Below are positions 62,520-64,000 of a stretch of DNA of 64,000 bases, piece by piece. Where the stretch lies: assembly GCA_963706745.1 (NCBI GenBank), contig CAVPMX010000004.1, positions 1,112,375 to 1,176,374 of the forward strand. Reading direction: 5' to 3'. A program made the translations under genes and the position numbers. The DNA is from an uncultured Actinomycetes bacterium. GTDB lineage: Bacteria; Actinomycetota; Acidimicrobiia; IMCC26256; PALSA-610. Each line of letters begins with the position of its first letter. Position 1 is the stretch's first letter. The notes below the pieces were generated by a model that searched no databases, was not told the DNA's origin, and was given only the letters and a program-made list of their open reading frames with translations.

Positions 62520-63734
62520 GCGGACCACGAGCGGCTGCGATCATTGTCGCGATCGTGGGCACCGTCGCCACGACGGCCGTCGCCCAGGGCGCCGCCATGT
62601 CTTCTGCCGACATGACCCGGCTGGTCACGTGGGCGGCCGGCACCGCCTTCGCGGGGGCCACTGCCGCGGCGCTCGCGCTCCGAATGCTTCGAGGGCGCTC
62701 GGTAGCGGCGCAGGTCGCGACTCTCAACGCCGTGATGATCGCCACGGTCATGCTGGGCGCCTGGTTGGGAGCGCGTGAGATGTTCCTCTCCCGCCACGAC
62801 CTCTCCGCCCTCGCCGTGCTCCTCCTCTCGGCCGGAACCGTCGGCAGCGTGGGGGCTCTGGCACTCGGCGATCGGGTCGGACGCGCCGGAGCCTCCCTCC
62901 TCGCAGCAACACGGCGCCTCGGCACCGGGGAGCCGCCCGCGACCGGGGCCGCGGCGTCGGCAGCCGCCGATACCGCGCGACTTGCGCCGCGAGCTCGACG
63001 AGACGGCGCGTCGCCTGGCGGAGTCCCGCGAACGCGAGCAGGCTGTCGAGACGTCGCGTCGCGAGCTGGTCGCCTGGATATCACACGATCTGCGGACACC
63101 CCTCGCAGGGATCCGCGCCATCGCCGAGGTGCTCGAGGACGGGCTCGCCCCCGATCCCGAGACCGTCGCCGGCTACCACACCACGCTCCGACACGAGGCA
63201 GAACAGCTCTCCGGCCTCATCGACGACCTCTTCGAGCTCAGCCGCGCTCATGCCGGAGTCCTGCAGCTCGAGATGCAGCGCGTCTCCCTGGAAGACGTCG
63301 TCTCCGACGCGCTGGCCGGGATCGCCCCCATCGCAGCCCAGAAGGGCGTGCGCGTCGAGGGCCGGCTCACCGGCCCTGCCGAGCTGAGCGCATCGGTTCC
63401 CGAGCTGCTCCGCGCGTTGCGCAACCTCCTCGAGAACGCTGTCAGGCACACCCCGAGCGACGGAACGGTTCTGGTGGAGGCCGGCATCGAGGACTCGGCC
63501 GTCGTCGTATCCGTGCGCGACGACGGCGGCGGCATTGCGCCCGTCGACTTCGATCGCATATTCGAGGTCGGCTACCGCGCCGATCGGGCCAGGTCGCCGG
63601 GGGGCGGCGCCGGGCTCGGTCTCGCAATCGCGAAGGGGATCGTCGAGGCGCACCGTGGTCGCATCACGGTCCGCAACGAGCGCGGCGGGGCACGGTTCAC
63701 TGTCCACCTCCCCAGCGAGGTCGACTCCCTGTGA
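62516..63734 (+). CDS. Membrane sensor histidine kinase (HisKA/HATPase), frameshift near 62960
   Basis: ATGA overlap with the regulator; TM N-terminus; SHDLRTPL, NLLENA, DDGGG, GAGLGLAI. Confidence 0.9.
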
Positions 63735-64000
63735 TCGTCCTCGTCACTGGAGGCGCCGGCTTCGTCGGATCCCACGTCGTGGATGCCCTCGTCGAGCATG
63801 GTCTGTCGGTCCGTGTCCTCGACCGGTTGCACCCCCGAGCGCACGAAGGAATGCCCGACTACACGAACGCCGGCGCCGAGTACCTATGGGGTGACCTCAA
63901 CGATCCGGAAGCCGTGGCGCGAGCCGTCGGCGGAGTCGGCGCCGTCTGTCACCAGGCTGCGATGGTGGGCCTCGGCGTCGACTTCGGGGACGTCGAGCCG
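63731..64000 (+). CDS. NAD-dependent epimerase/dehydratase, runs off the window edge
   Basis: VLVTGGAGFVGSHVVDAL...HQAAMVGLGVDF. Confidence 0.85.
   Translation, partial: MIVLVTGGAGFVGSHVVDALVEHGLSVRVLDRLHPRAHEGMPDYTNAGAEYLWGDLNDPEAVARAVGGVGAVCHQAAMVGLGVDFGDVEP

Overview
High-GC (~70% by eye) actinobacterial chromosomal window; gene content suggests Acidimicrobiia (inference). Single-base frameshifts are scattered through many otherwise intact genes, including aceE, and most likely reflect unpolished long-read assembly. From left to right: (i) a ~24 kb CoA-dependent catabolic region (acyl-CoA ligases, paired luciferase-like monooxygenases, paired acyl-CoA dehydrogenases, OYE/Fe-S flavoenzyme, amidohydrolase, double hot-dog hydratase, fused class III CoA-transferase, SDRs, NTF2 proteins, a molybdopterin oxidoreductase) whose intergenic regions share a CTAA(G/C)TTAG motif; (ii) peptidases, an ECF sigma/zinc-finger fusion, FadD19-like ligase, YyaL, PPK2, GH36, Flp pilin, ABC exporter, two tRNA-Val genes, aceE preceded by a 5x88-bp array, and a DosS-like kinase; (iii) two tandem ~3.0-kb cassettes, each a promoter region plus an EbdA/S25dA-like molybdoenzyme alpha subunit, delimited by copies of a ~50-60-bp palindrome and showing a mosaic of identical and divergent blocks; (iv) a GT2/DUF2064/methyltransferase/Mo-oxidoreductase/GT-C/two-component cluster containing MIRU-like 92-bp repeats that encode translationally coupled 31-aa peptides. 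All family assignments come from motifs read by eye; no database searches were run.
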